From contig NC_068984.1 in assembly GCF_001194135.2 (NCBI RefSeq), forward strand, positions 28,824,981 to 28,888,980: a stretch of 64,000 nucleotides of DNA. Reading direction: 5' to 3'. Below, piece after piece: positions 39,015 through 52,631 of the stretch. Under the pieces are notes generated by a model. The model had not been told where the DNA came from and did not search any database. It was given only the letters and a program-made list of their open reading frames with translations. Position 1 is the first letter of the stretch. Every line of letters begins with the position of its first letter. Source of the DNA: Octopus bimaculoides (lineage: Eukaryota). The translations under genes and the position numbers were made by a program.

Positions 39015-42000
39015 TATATTAGCGATTTTTGTTCTTTCTTTTCCACATAGTTCTAAACTGATTTTTCACATCATCAATTCAAAAAATCTAGAGCATGTAT
39101 ATGAAATGTTGAATGTACAATAAGCTACTCTTGTCTGAACCACCCTAGAGGAAAAAAAAGCTTTGCTAAAAGTTTCATGCTGGTTGTAATATTTTAATGG
39201 TTCAAGTAATGTAAAACAATATTATAACAGCCAAAGAATGGCATCAAAAGATAAAACAGACATTTCAGTAAGATTTCAAATGAAGAATAAATATTTCTAA
39301 AGCAAAGAAATAAGTATGTACAATAAATGAATCTATGTAAAAAAGAAAAAAAACTTGTAAAGATGTTAACAAAGATGTGTCAGAAAATAACTTTTGTTTT
39401 AGAAACATAATAGAAGCAGCCAAGGAAAAAAAATCAATGAATAGTTTGGAGGACAAAGTAGAAGTGTGAAATAACTCATCATTATTATCTTTCAAATGGT
39501 TAATGTTTTTATGCACGTTTATCTATAGGTCGCCCAGGTCTGATAAATGATGTCTTTCTAGTTTGTATTGACCACAATCATTTTCAGTGTTGGTATCACC
39601 GATTTCATACCAAAGTAAACACATCTTTAAAATATATCATCTAATTTTAAACACTTTGACCATCAAAAATTCTTATGACATACCTTTCTTACTTATGTTC
39701 AAAATAATCTGAATTCACTGGGTTGCTTTATTCCTATTAGAATATTGTCACTGTTTCTTGAAAAAATGTTTTGTCTTATTCTTATTTCGATGCCCAAAAT
39801 GTAAATGAAAACTTCTTACATGCCAATATTCATTAATGGAGGATAGGGTATGAGTCATGTAGTGTGAAGAAGAAAATAAACATTATTTTTGGCCTAAAAT
39901 GTGCATTTCAATATCTTGTTAAATCAGATAAGTAGCAAAAGCTCACAATAATACAAAGTTAAATGAACAAAATAAGTTTTCACAAAGTACAATAGGGTTC
40001 CCAAATGTACTGAAAGAGAAGAAACTGTAAGTGCATCAAAGCATTGATACAATTAGGAGCATAACCCAATCACTAAGTATCATGAACATTTGTAATAATT
40101 GATTTAAAGTAATAGATTTCTCTTATCTAGATGACCTTAAAGTTGCTGAAGATAGCATAATATCTAAAAAGTGTAGCAACTGGAAGAACTCCAGTAACTT
40201 CTTATTTTTGCTGATATGAAAATGCTTCTATATGTTTACTAATATTAAAATGCATGGTACATATGAAAGAATATGGTATTGTATGCTGATGAAACCAGTT
40301 TGTAGACATCTGAAAACTGCTTAAATAACATGAAAGAGAGGCAACTGGGTCACTGTAGAAATGATGTTATAATAACTGATAGAAGAACAGGTGCAATATT
40401 TTCAGTTTGTCTTTTTACAAACATCTAAAAATGAGAGCTAATTTATTTTGAAACACTCTAATCTTATCAGGTTTACATTTTGAAGTTTATTAGTTAAACG
40501 GACACCTAGATGATATTTGGTGATGAAGTGCTTTGAAAGGTCTGCTATATTTGATAATATATTCTAACTTAAACAGTATGTTTACATGTGTACATGTAAA
40601 ATGGAAGCCAAGACCAGTGAAATCAAATCATAGACAGCTCTTCAAACACAACAAACACATCCACACAAGCATGCACACATACATACTATGTTTACACAAA
40701 TACAATGCACAGGAAAATAACTGAAACATTTGAAATGTATCTCCATTGTATAATAAAATATATTGGTTTACATGGTTCAGTTAGAAATTACACAGTTACT
40801 GGTCAAAATTATAGTAATTATGGCACATAAAATGGTTTAGTATAATGATGTGTATAATGATTGTTGAGTTTTTATATGAAGTTATTTTTGCCGGTTAGGA
40901 ACAATCAGTTCTGCTTGAACAAATCAATGAAACAATATATGTTAAATGATCTACAGATCCATCGCTCCAGATATGCATGGTGGAGTTTGATATTAGACCA
41001 GATTGAATGTTTCATCATATCGTCTCCTATCAGATTTAAATCACTGGTATGATAATAGAACAATGTTCAAGAAATATGCTTCAATGTCAGTTAACCACCA
41101 CCACACACACACAATGAAGGTCTATGCATAAAAGAATTTACTATTTCTCATTTTTCCCACAGAGACATTTTGAAAGTTTTGCAATTTCTCAGTTACCAAT
41201 ATGGCAACTGCTTAATATCAATTATCATAAAAATTTCGAAACTAAAAATTAAGAAAATTCAGATCGCAAGAGTATTTTTCAAATCATTTGGAATAAAACA
41301 TAGATACATATACAACTGATTTAAATTGTAAAAGCTAGAAAAAATGAATGCCAAGCAGCTTGATATTTACTAATGTTTTGTGAAGGTGAAACCAATTACA
41401 GAATGTGGAAATGTGGTAAAGAGATGATCCTTTATTTTATCTGATAATAAACATTAGAGTAATTATCTCAGGAATCAACAAAAAAAAAAAAAAAGCAGAG
41501 ATAATAATACTGATATTAAACTTTTTATTTTTCTTTTGCTTTGAAAAGATTCACAGATAGTAAATGATAATGGCAGCTTCAAAACTGACACCTGCAACTG
41601 AAATCTAGAAGCAATATAACAAGGTGTAACTGATGTTGATAATTTTGTAATATCCTACACTGCACACTGACGGTCATCTCATAAAACTGGACCAGATGAT
41701 ATCGGGAGATAAAAAGAAAAAACGAATTATTTTTATGAACACCACATTGAAGAAGAATTGGATAAAACTGTTCACTCTGACCCAGTAAAGATGGATTATA
41801 GAGAGAAAAATATAAAGAATAATACTTTCCTTTATACAGCCATTGGTGTAAGGTCATACAGAAGTCAATGTATTACAGAGGGTGTTACAAAAACAAGGGG
41901 ACAAGGGGTAGATAAAGGGACATTAAATAATATATACAGGTATGTTAATATTTTTTTTTATTACACACACACACACATACACTCATGCATATTCACAGAC

Positions 42001-42089
42001 ATAACTGATATAATACATAGTAAAATGAAATAGAATTTGAATAATAATAATTCTGTCACCCTAAGCAAAAAAACCCTCAAATAGATCTC

Positions 42090-43035
42090 CATAAAGGAGA
42101 TACATGGTTACCCAACCTGGAACATGTGCAGTAGAAGGAGAGAGAGAGTGGGAAACAGCAGGATAGAGATGGTAGCAAAGTGCTGGGCATACTCACAAGG
42201 GACAAGGATCAGAATATAAACAGGATGGTCAAGTACAGGAAGAGAGAGATGGTAAGTGCCAGGGCATACTCTTGAAGTTCGAAAGTCATAATATATGTGG
42301 CAGGACATTGCCAAAGAGGCGTGATTTGAGAGTGGGGAGGGGAATGCAGTGAGTGGTGAAAACCCAGGGTATATAGAGTGTGGGGGAGGGTGCTACCAGA
42401 TAGCAATGGTACAGAGAAAAAGGGATGTGAGGACAGGATTGGGGAGTGAAAGGTAAGTATAGTGCATGAAGGAGGAAATGAGATGTAGAGATGTAGAGAT
42501 GTAGTTTGGTTTGTTGGTGTAGGCTGTGTGAAAAGTTTTCTTGTAATGTGTGGGTGAAACAAACAAACTGGCTGGGAGCTAGCAGATAGCAATGATACAG
42601 CGAAACAGGGTCAAGAGGACAAGATTGGGGAGTTGGGGGTAAGCATAGTGCATGAAAGAGGAAATGTGAGGAAGAGAAGGGATGTAAAGATGTAGTTTGG
42701 TTTGTTGGGGTAGGGTGTGTGAAAAGTTTCCTTGATACATGTGGATGGAACACATAGTCTTCTAGAGCTCAGTTTAACTGATGTGGGTGGGTCTTCTCAA
42801 GAACCACATATCACCAGACATCTCGGTCCATTGTCATTTCCTCCATGAGGCCCAGCATCCTGAGATCGGCCCTTACACTTCATCCCATATCTTCCACGGG
42901 TATCATTCACCTTTAGTGATCGACACTTCTTTATGCAGCTGTCCTCATTCATACACATCACATGTCCAAACCAACATAATCTTCTCTCTTGTATGTTATA
43001 TTTGATTCCTTTTATGCCCAACTTTTCTCTCAATA
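42090..43035 (-). mobile_element. RTE LINE 3' end (ORF C-terminus + UTR with internal duplication)
   Basis: ORF 42797-43033 (-) reads REKLGIKGIKYNIQERRLCWFGHVMCMNEDSCIKKCRSL, a typical RTE C-terminus (RRLRWYGHVMRM). The UTR carries two ~186-bp units. Confidence 0.88.
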
Positions 43036-45540
43036 CATTTGCACTTTGTCATACATGCACACTGATGTTGCACATCCAACAGAGTCTATGCATATCATAT
43101 ATCTAAAATGCAAACCTTGTACCCACCATGAGATAAAAGGGCAGGCTTCCCAAAATTTAAGAAGCCTCTTTGCAAATAAACCAGAAAGAAACATTTTTTT
43201 ATGAAGTAAAATTGTGAACAAAATCCAAAATACTGCGAGAGAAATATGAAACACATTTATCAAATAGTAAAAGTAAATAACGATAACACAAAATACAAGA
43301 AATATTACCACGATGCACACATATTGCAGAGTACTGTCAATACAATAGAAAGTACGAAACCGAAACAAATCACTTCACATACCCTAGAGGCACTGAGCTG
43401 TGCTCAGTAGTGTAGTGAAAGCAGAGAAGAAAACAAACTACTGATGATGATGATGATTGTGACGATGACGGTGGCATCAATGACAATGACGATGATAATG
43501 ATGATACAGGCCTGAAGCAAACCAAAGAGAGGCAGCAAAAAATTCCAGCTCTAATATAGCTTGATAACATCAAGAAAATGAGAAGTGAAGATAAGAAGAG
43601 TTTCTTCTCCATTCATGACACACATTATAAAATAGGTGAAAGATCTATTGCAAAACAAAGTAAAAAGTATTTTGGTAGACAATAACTCCAAGGAACCACA
43701 TGTTGATATTGAATGTAAAATGAACTTTTGACAAACTTGTCAAAAAATATGTAAGAAATAAGTCGAAATCAATTATTACAAAACAAAAAATGTAAGAGTT
43801 ATGTAAGGATATTTGAAATACTATAGACCAGATTGACAAAAATATATAAAACAAAATAAAATAAAGAAATACAAATAACTCCATTGGGACTGCAGATTAT
43901 TGTGCAGATGTAAGGAAATTTTATAGATGAAACAAGCAAGAAAAAACAATAAGTGATTCAAAAATACTGAAGCAGATAATTATGGAAATGATAATTGTTA
44001 CTGTTGAGCTGGATTAATATTTTGTTGTAGAAGAGAGAAGTTAAGAACACTGATGTCTGCATAATTAACACTGAAGAATGTTATAGCATGTCTTATTAAA
44101 CTATCACAGTCCTTACTACAAACTTCATTCACACTTATAACACAATGTATCAAGGCACTATAATAACACCATCTAAAAATCTCATCACTCTCAATTTATA
44201 AAGGGAGAAACAAAGTCTATATTATATGCACACCAAAAATTAGCAACATTCATGACCTCATTCAGGCCCCAATCAATACAAAGATGCATAAAACTGTTAA
44301 TAGATGTAGAAGAGCAACTATCACATTGTAGTTAGCCTGACCTGCTAACCAATTCTACCACAAAAGAACATACAAGACATACAAGAATATATTGGATAGT
44401 GCAATAAAAGAACCACTCAAAATATATAAAATTACACTCAAAATAAAGCCCTACATGTTGAAAGTACATGTTATCTTCTAAATGGTGGCATATATATATT
44501 GCAAACAACATATGAGACCTGTATGTTTGGTTATGTGTGGACACTTTTGCTAAACTGTCGAAACTTTATCAACCTTTCACAAAATTATATCCTAAGCACC
44601 TTTCCTTCATATGCCTTGAGTGTTTCAGAAGTGAATCTAAGACACAATTACCAATGTTGACTGAAGTAAGACTTGAACATATAGTCAATATTCAAGTAAT
44701 TGTTTCTTCACAAGACATTTATCATTGAAAATCATGCTTTAATATACAATTGAACCTTAGTTGTGGATTTCATTAGCAAAAACCCTTGCTGCTACTATAT
44801 GGCAGGACTTTCCCTTATAACAACAAGGATAACAATGATAAAAATACCTAGAGCAGAGTTTTTTTCATGATACATGCATTGCTCATCAGTTGATTGGACA
44901 GACACAAAGTTTGATAGAGCTGCAAACAATAATTCTCTTTTAACAGAAAAATGAATTATTCAATGACTCTCTCCAATCTGTATTCCATATTTCACTAGTG
45001 TATTAGTACAGTTTATAATTGGTATGTTGCTTGATTATAATAGCAAGAGACAGGTGAATAAATTACATGCAGTGATGCAAGACTTGTGCAGTTAATTGTA
45101 CACATTCTCTTCATAGTAAAGAAGGATTTTTACAGAAAAAATATTTCAACTCTCAGAAAAAGAAAGCAAAGACAAAATAAATGTATATTTGTTATAAAAA
45201 TATATCCACAATATTCATTCCCCAAACAAGTACACCTCTGAAATCAAAATTTCTTTTGTTGCTTTTTTTTAAGAACTATCAATAACGCACAAAATCGCCC
45301 AATCAAATAATTTTACTGTGAATTTCTTAGATATGATTTTGTATTCATGCCTAAAATATAATATTACCAGCATTAATATATCGAATCAGCTTTTCACTTC
45401 ATATATTCGAAGGTTTCAATGAGAGAGAAGGCTAATTCAACAAGCAACTTTATTTCACCAAGAGAAATTTGTAAGAATATCAGAATCTATAACCATGGTA
45501 GACAGTAAAGAGGAAGATGCAAAGGGAAACACAGGCAATT

Positions 45541-45662
45541 TTAACAACCATTTGAGGCCATCCATTTCAATATTGTCACTATGATACATACTTTCTGTTT
45601 TAAAGTGACTGAAATTAAAACATTCTATCAAACTTTCATGTTATGTTCCAAATACCAGCTTA
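45541..45662. mobile_element. Partial, diverged copy of the same MITE family
   Basis: Shares the internal motif aattaaaa..ttc.a.caaa.tt...tt...ttatgttcc.aa.ac.ag.tta with 11035-11095. TIRs are not intact. Confidence 0.5.
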
Positions 45663-47143
45663 TAGGTGTTTCAGTATATACAACAAAGCTTCTCTTTTGT
45701 GATATTAAATAGGTATAATTATGAAATATTTTAAAACATCAATAATCAAGTGTGACCACTATTTTATATGTATTTCCTATGCGCTTCTTTTGAAAATTTC
45801 TTTATACATTTTGTACTTTCCTGTAGTCATATGAAATATGTTTCCAACATTAACACACATAATATAAATTTCATGAGATGACTTCAAAATATATTTTTAA
45901 TATCTGATTTTGATATAATTTGAAATATTCCTAGTTCACAATCAGTTGGCAAGTGGTTCCTGATGGTGGTATCTTATGTTGCATTGTTTCCCTCCTGACA
46001 CTAGGAAGACATGCATAAGTTGGCCAATTGATGCTTCAATATTTATTCTTATACATTTCAGCAAGCATGGTGAAGCTTCTGTTTTGTAATGCAAGATAAT
46101 ATTTTTTGTCTTCTCCTTTGATACCTTTCAAAAATCCCTGTATTTTCATGTTATTATGACAGATAGTTTTCAACATTAAAGTATGTTGTGCACACACATA
46201 TATACATACACTCTCATTTGATAAAGTAATAGTGAGATGATAGTTTTCCCTAAAACAAAATTCCCAAAATCTATTTTTTGAAGTTTGAAAGACTATTTTA
46301 AGTGAAACCTTCAAGCCACTGTTACTATTCTTTTTTAAAGATAAATCTATAATCATGGCATTAATTTGCTCTTACTTAGTTAATGTTTAACACCGTCACT
46401 ATGTGCTCTCTAGTTCACTTCTCCTTTGTGGCATCTTGGGAAAGCCTTTACAACATTAGCCTTGGACCATGTGCGCATGTGTGACTATTTATGCATATAT
46501 ATGTGTATGCATGCAAGTTCATACACACACATATTCATATGATGTATGTGTGTGTACATACACACATGTGTATTTATATTTCCCTGCTTTTATGCCTGTT
46601 GTTATGTTAACAACATTTAAATAAACAATATCTGTATTCATCAAATAACTCAGGGTTACAACAAAAATAGAATTTTAAAGCTAGATCTCAAATATTAAGT
46701 GTTGGAGTTTATATGTTTAACTACAACCTTTCAAGGCAGTGGCCCAATATGGACACAGCCCAGTAAGTGAAACAAGCAAAAGAATGCACAGATAAACACA
46801 TTATGGATATTTGTACACACACACACACAGTGCTACATAAACATTCAGAGAGACAGAGAAAAAGATCAAAGACAGAAAGAATGATTGAAAGTGAGATAAG
46901 AGGTCATATATATACTAACATTTTTTTAATTAAATCTTTAAGTTTTCTTATTCAATTAATATTATCAGCTTGTTTCATTTAGATCTATAAATTGATAGCA
47001 ATTTTTTTGGTACCATAACTTAACTCAGCAGTTGAAATCTTTCAATCTACCTTTCTCCCTATCCCACACTTCCATTACCCTCAATATATGGACATGTGAG
47101 AGAAAATGGGGAGGAAGAGACACAAGGATACATACAAATATAG

Positions 47144-47147
<4 letters not shown>

Positions 47148-47206
<59 letters not shown>
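47148..47206. repeat. (CA)n microsatellite
   Basis: Direct reading. Confidence 0.98.
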
Positions 47207-47207
<1 letters not shown>

Positions 47208-47839
47208 TCATGAAAAATAAATTCTCCTGACATATAGTAAATGACTATGAAGTATAGGAGAGTTAAGAATAATCTAGTAGCTGTAAAAGTTGAAATGTAT
47301 TGAGAAAGAAAGCAATCAATTGACCCATCCTGTCAGCAATCAATATTTTTTATCAATTAATAGCTTGAAATATTATGCATACATAAAAAGTGTAATTCCT
47401 TGACTGCTATCAAACAATATGCTAATGAAATACGTCTTTGAAAAATTCCTTTTGAAATGTGTCTATACATTAATGTTGCTAGGTTTTAAGCAAAAGCCAT
47501 GCTATTTTATATTTCTCTACCTTTATTATTTTGTATTATTTATAAAACTATTAAGGTGTCGCCAAGTGCGGTAAGTGTTGTATGTCATATTATAAAATTG
47601 TGCATTTAATCACTGAATTTAACACAAAAACCATTCAAAGTAAGGCTGAGTTAAGGATGCAATCTTAGGTAAACATTCCTATCTCTGAAGACAAGGTTGT
47701 AATTCAGAGATAGATTTGTGTATTTCTGAAACTCTGATCTCTGATTCTACATACAAAATTTCTGTTTTGTTAGATATAACTGCTAAATATGTACAGAAAG
47801 AAAATTTAAGCAGTTTTTGAAAGAATGCTGTCTGAAATG

Positions 47840-47872
47840 GTTCACCTCACTCATGTTATGAGTGAGGTGAAC
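47840..47872. repeat. Perfect 15-bp inverted repeat with 3-nt loop
   Basis: gttcacctcactcat-gtt-atgagtgaggtgaac. Confidence 0.95.
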
Positions 47873-48532
47873 TCATGTTATGAAGTCACTATACTAGTTA
47901 ATTAGATAAAGAGTTATTACTTTTTGTAGTTTACATCCTACTGCAGTTAACACAGCTTTTCATCTACATTTTTTTTTATTACTGATATGGGGAAGCAGAC
48001 CCCACAGCACTTTAAAATCTACCAAGACTGATAGATAGTGATGGCTGAGTATGGAACAGCAACTTCTGGCTGGAAGAAAGAGATGCAAGTAAAGGAGTTT
48101 CAAAGTGCACACAAAAAAGATAGATGAATTAAAACAAAGAGAGAAAGGATGCTTGAATGAAGCAAGATGCATAACACAAGAACATTTAGTTAGAAGTATA
48201 TTTGGCATATTTGTAGGTAGATAATGTATGTTCCAGCATAAAAACAAAGGAAAATAGGATTGACAGGGGGTTAAGAGTTTAAGGTAGTGGGTAAAAATCT
48301 TATCTATCAGCAACTTTTAATTGTGAGCTTTCAGTGCTTTCATATCAGGCATAGATTTTAGCAACTGATTAAATGTGAAGTATTTTCAGAACTTGCAAAT
48401 ACCATATTAAAATATTCTAATCTGCAATATGATAGCACAGCTAAGAAAGATAAGAATGAAGATGCCAAGCTGGGCAACAAATACTACAAAGAAAAAAAAA
48501 AGCTGTTCAAGAGATATATCCTTCTTTTTTAG

Positions 48533-48623
48533 CATGTACCTCATTCCCAAATATCTATTTCAAGAACAACAATATTATTTGGTGACCAAAGAATGCAATG
48601 CTAAAATTTGTGACATGGGACAG
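48533..48623 (+). CDS. Candidate 91-nt exon, phase 2-0 (MYLIPKYLFQEQQYYLVTKECNAKICDMGQ)
   Basis: Strong acceptor tccttcttttttag, donor CAG|gtaaat, open frame. No family is recognised. Confidence 0.25.
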
Positions 48624-49489
48624 GTAAATATTCAAGTACTTTTAAAAGTGTAAATAATTTTGTATCTTTAGACATATTAATAAGATATCAAGAAAGGATT
48701 TCAAATTATTTATTCTACTATTCATCTTCATTTGCTGACTGAGATTTCCTAATCATAATTGTTCATCAGATGAGAATTAAAATAGCAAACATTTCCAATG
48801 TGAGCATGTATTAATTCGATGAGCCATAGTTTATCCATATTCCATTTTTGTTTGCCAGTGTTGAATGTAGCAGGTAATTGTATTGATTTGTGAAGAAAAT
48901 GATTCATTAACAATACTATGGTTTCTACTTTTTTCTATTCAAAGTGATTATAATTCTGTCATTACAGAAGTGAAGATGCTATAAATATAGCAAACATCAA
49001 ATAAATCACCATCTATTTGTATCTCCTTGTAGAATTTGTTTTATAAATTATTTTCTTTTATACCTAACTGCTAATTTTTTTAGTATTTGCATTTATTTAA
49101 TTTATTTATGTTTTGAAAGATTCCAATTAGAAAGAGATAGATTACCACTTCACATTGTCAATTTTATTTGAAAGAATGAAAACGATATTTGATAAGCTTA
49201 CAATTATAGTAAGTTTAGAATTACCCCAGACAAAGTAAACAATAGAAAGGTAATGTAGATTCTTGTCTCAGTTTTTAGTCTTAAGAATCTATAGATTCAT
49301 ATTATTTTAACTTGTGTTTTTCAGAAGTAGGATGATATTTATTTTCCAACAGTTGACTGTTATTGAATATCTTAGCATGCATAAGGAGGATAATTCCACA
49401 AGTGTTTATCAGTAAATCAACTTACTAACAATGTATGATAGTCATTATTAGTATCATTTAGAATGCATTTTATCATGCTGGCCTGAACA

Positions 49490-49860
49490 AAATAATCAGC
49501 CTTGTAACAATCCATTATCATTTTCTCCATACGACTCACCACTTCGTCCTATGCCTTTCTCAGGTCTACTTTACATTGGTTATTTTCAGCTGTTAATATT
49601 TTGCACCTTTTCACACAGCATTCATTGTCCATTTATCTCACCGAGCAGTTAATTTTCCTGCATACATTAGCTGAGAACTATAATTTCTAATCACTCTCTT
49701 AAATCACATATGCTCTCTGAGTTTCATTAGGTTAACACCGCACATCAAACAATTCATATTTGACTCATTTCCCTCTAGTCTCTGCCAATGAACTGAAATC
49801 AATGGTCATGTCTCACTATTATGCATCATCAAGCCTATTATGCATGTGCCAGAGAATCTA
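49490..49860 (+). mobile_element. CR1-like LINE 3' remnant
   Basis: Nucleotide similarity to the same CR1 tail region as the 31.7-32.0 kb copy. Strongly decayed. Confidence 0.45.
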
Positions 49861-50229
49861 TCTTTCTGAGAGAAAGAGAAACATTTTGTTGTTGTTGTTG
49901 TTTAGCCCAGTTCTACAATGATTTAGCAGATTTTTCATCAAAAGCATTCTAGCCATAACCATTCCAAATTTATCGTATATCCATAATACACTGATCAATT
50001 TATTCTTTATTATAGTTGGGTGCAATTTGAAAAACACCTGACTGCTATTTCTAGCATGATGAGCAATCTTGTAGAAATTGATTTGTGCCACCAAAATTCT
50101 ATATCTTAATACACCTAACTTCACCTCAAGGACTTTCACTCTTTTTTCCATTGAGTAATATTATTTCACTTCTATTATTTTACCCAGTGTATTGTGACTA
50201 TCACATATTTTGTGATGCCCATCGCTATC

Positions 50230-51700
50230 TGTATGTCTATACTCACTATTTAAACAGTTTGTCCAATGTATTTGGTGTATTTTTATGATTTTGCAGACAG
50301 CTAAAACACATCTGTAAAAAGCAGATGATTAAGGTCCTGTCCCTTCCCCCCCCCCCAGATAATAACCTACCCGTCTTCTGAAGCACCATGTTCAGATCAG
50401 AGCAATAATGGCAAGACATAAAATAAGTCACCTTGAAAGATGCCAAGCTCTTGACCACTAGAAAACAATGTGATTCTCCATTTTTTCATGCTTCCACTCA
50501 TTAGATTTTGTACATTCTCAGAGATCTAAATATTTTGAAGGGCCCTGATATTTATGAGTGCGGTACACGATCATAAGCTTTCTGGAAATCTATTCAGGCC
50601 ATCAGCAAATTGGTTTTCAGTTTTTTCTTGCAGATCCTCAGAACTATTTTGTCAACAGTCAAATGATCTTTTGAACCCTGTAAACGTTTTCTGGTTGACT
50701 GAGAGTAAGTAATTTGCTTCCATGTTCAGCAATTATTTCTGTTAGAACTTTTCGCATCAAACTAAGGTATGTAATAGAATGGTAATTAGTGACCATAGAA
50801 CCCTTGTATATATCTTTTATAAGGATCATTTGTCCTCCAACTATCCAGGTCGATACCTGACAATCAAAAGTGCCGTAGTCCAAAGGAAAAGCCAGCCTCC
50901 TTTGTATACACATGAATCCTTTCTCCAAAGAAACCTTGGATTCCACCCAACCATAGCAATTTCCAGTCTGGTAGCACCTTAACCAGAATTATCACCTCCT
51001 CGAGTATTATTCTGACTGAATTTTGTTCATCCACAGCCTTGGTTATTTGTTCCTTTTTCACTGCTGCCAACCAGTTTGCATCCTTGTAATGTTCTACTGA
51101 CTGAAACCACAGGTCTGACCAAATGTGTGTTCCTTTTTCCAGGTCAGAAGCACATGATTTTTTATCTTACCACTGAAACATCTATAAAATTGCAGCTGGG
51201 TCGAATAAAAGAGCTTATTTTACACATACTGAGCAATTCGTTTCAAGTACCCCCTGACTTTCACAACTTTATTGGAGATCAGCAATTTAATTTGGTCCAT
51301 CACAGTTTGAAAATATTTCTTTCGAGCTATCTCTTTTTAAGCAGTCTTTGCTTGTATTCCATCTGTACATACTATATTGCACTATCTACCTTCATGGTTT
51401 CACCATACATTTTTTTCATATCACAAATTATAGGGTAACATAATATTATTGATTTAGCACACACTATCAATTCAGTCAGTCTGTTGAATATTTCCTGTTC
51501 ACAATCCCCTAGATCAAAGGGTAACTGTGCTTGGGGTACTATATCTCTCTGTGCATATCCCCATTGTACATGTATCACTGTATCACTATTCTGGCTACCA
51601 TTGTTTTCACCTATTTCACTCAATACATCCTTTTCTGAGCTCTCATGCTCAGCAACAATTATTTCATTACTACTTTCTTCCAAAAGCTCATAAAAAAAAA
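50230..51700 (-). mobile_element. R4/Dong-clade LINE remnant, reverse transcriptase region
   Basis: Minus-strand remnants: FWSDLWFQSVEHYKDANWLAAVKKE, VKVLPDWKLLWLGGIQGF (KLPNWKAPGPDGIQGFW-like), GQMILIKDIYKGSMVTNYHSITYLSLMRKVLTEII, VPHS, GIFQGD and LNHLLFTD. Heavily frameshifted. Confidence 0.87.
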
Positions 51701-52582
51701 AAAAAATTTAATCCAGATATCTTGCAAGTCTTCTCACAACATTGCATGCATTATTTCTTCAATTTCTATGATAGAGAACCAGTTCTTTGTTTGTGTGATT
51801 GGATTTGATCACATTAATCTCAAACATTGCTTTTTCATTCCAAATTTGGTGGACCTTTATTCTGATACCACGTTTACAAAGCAGTTAAGCACTTTATCTT
51901 CGCAGAAATGTATTTGATTCTAGGGACCTTGAACTTAATACATTAAGAATAGTCAAATGTGCTAACAAAACTGAATTTGAAGATTACATTACATCTAAGT
52001 GTTGTACTTCATAGTTAGGTACCAATTGTCTTAGAGAAACCACTTTTAAATAATTAAGTAGAATTTAATGTATAATGATACTTCTAAAGTTATTGTAGTT
52101 TTCTCTTGCGACATATGTGAATGTCATATGTAGCCTCTGCTAACAAAGTCAATATCACAAATTACAATAAATCATTTTCTTTGGAAGTTTGCCAGTATAG
52201 TTCTATGTAGACTGTTTTATTATGAAGTTTTTAAACTGATGTTTCAAAAATATTATTCATAAATTGTATAACAGAGCCATTTTTATAAATGCATACAAAA
52301 AACACCTATTTCCAAGTACATACCCATACCAAAATAATGAATAAGTAAAAAGTTTAAGTTCTCCTAGTCTTTGAGTGCCTTTAATAGCAGAATCACTTTG
52401 AAACTTTTGTAATATGTGACATTATATATGTATATATAAAGTAACAAACTGAGGAAAAGAAATCCTTCAAATGGGTGTGTTAAACACCCATATAGATATT
52501 GGTATAATTCAGTTATAAAGATCAATTAAATTTAGAGATATACTATTGACAATCCAATAATTTATTACAATATTAATTTATC

Positions 52583-52586
<4 letters not shown>

Positions 52587-52629
<43 letters not shown>
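52587..52629. repeat. (AT)n microsatellite
   Basis: Direct reading. Confidence 0.98.

Positions 52630-52631
<2 letters not shown>

Noticed and set aside
41758-42033. 91-aa ORF as a stand-alone gene
   Set aside because: It has a TTG start, runs into a CA repeat and has no recognisable domain. At most, part of it (41840-41939) is a weak exon candidate.
43430-43560. Asp-rich ORF (TTDDDDDCDDDGGINDNDDDNDD)
   Set aside because: It is a degenerate (GAT)n microsatellite with no convincing splice sites.
44300-44560. Possible Penelope GIY-YIG remnant (EYIG)
   Set aside because: Only a 3-4 residue resemblance, with no supporting motif spacing.
48590-48623. Kinase-like motif LVTKECNAKICDMG (resembles ..AKICDFG)
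   Set aside because: DMG replaces DFG, there is no upstream HRD/xxN catalytic loop, and no other kinase subdomains were found in the window.
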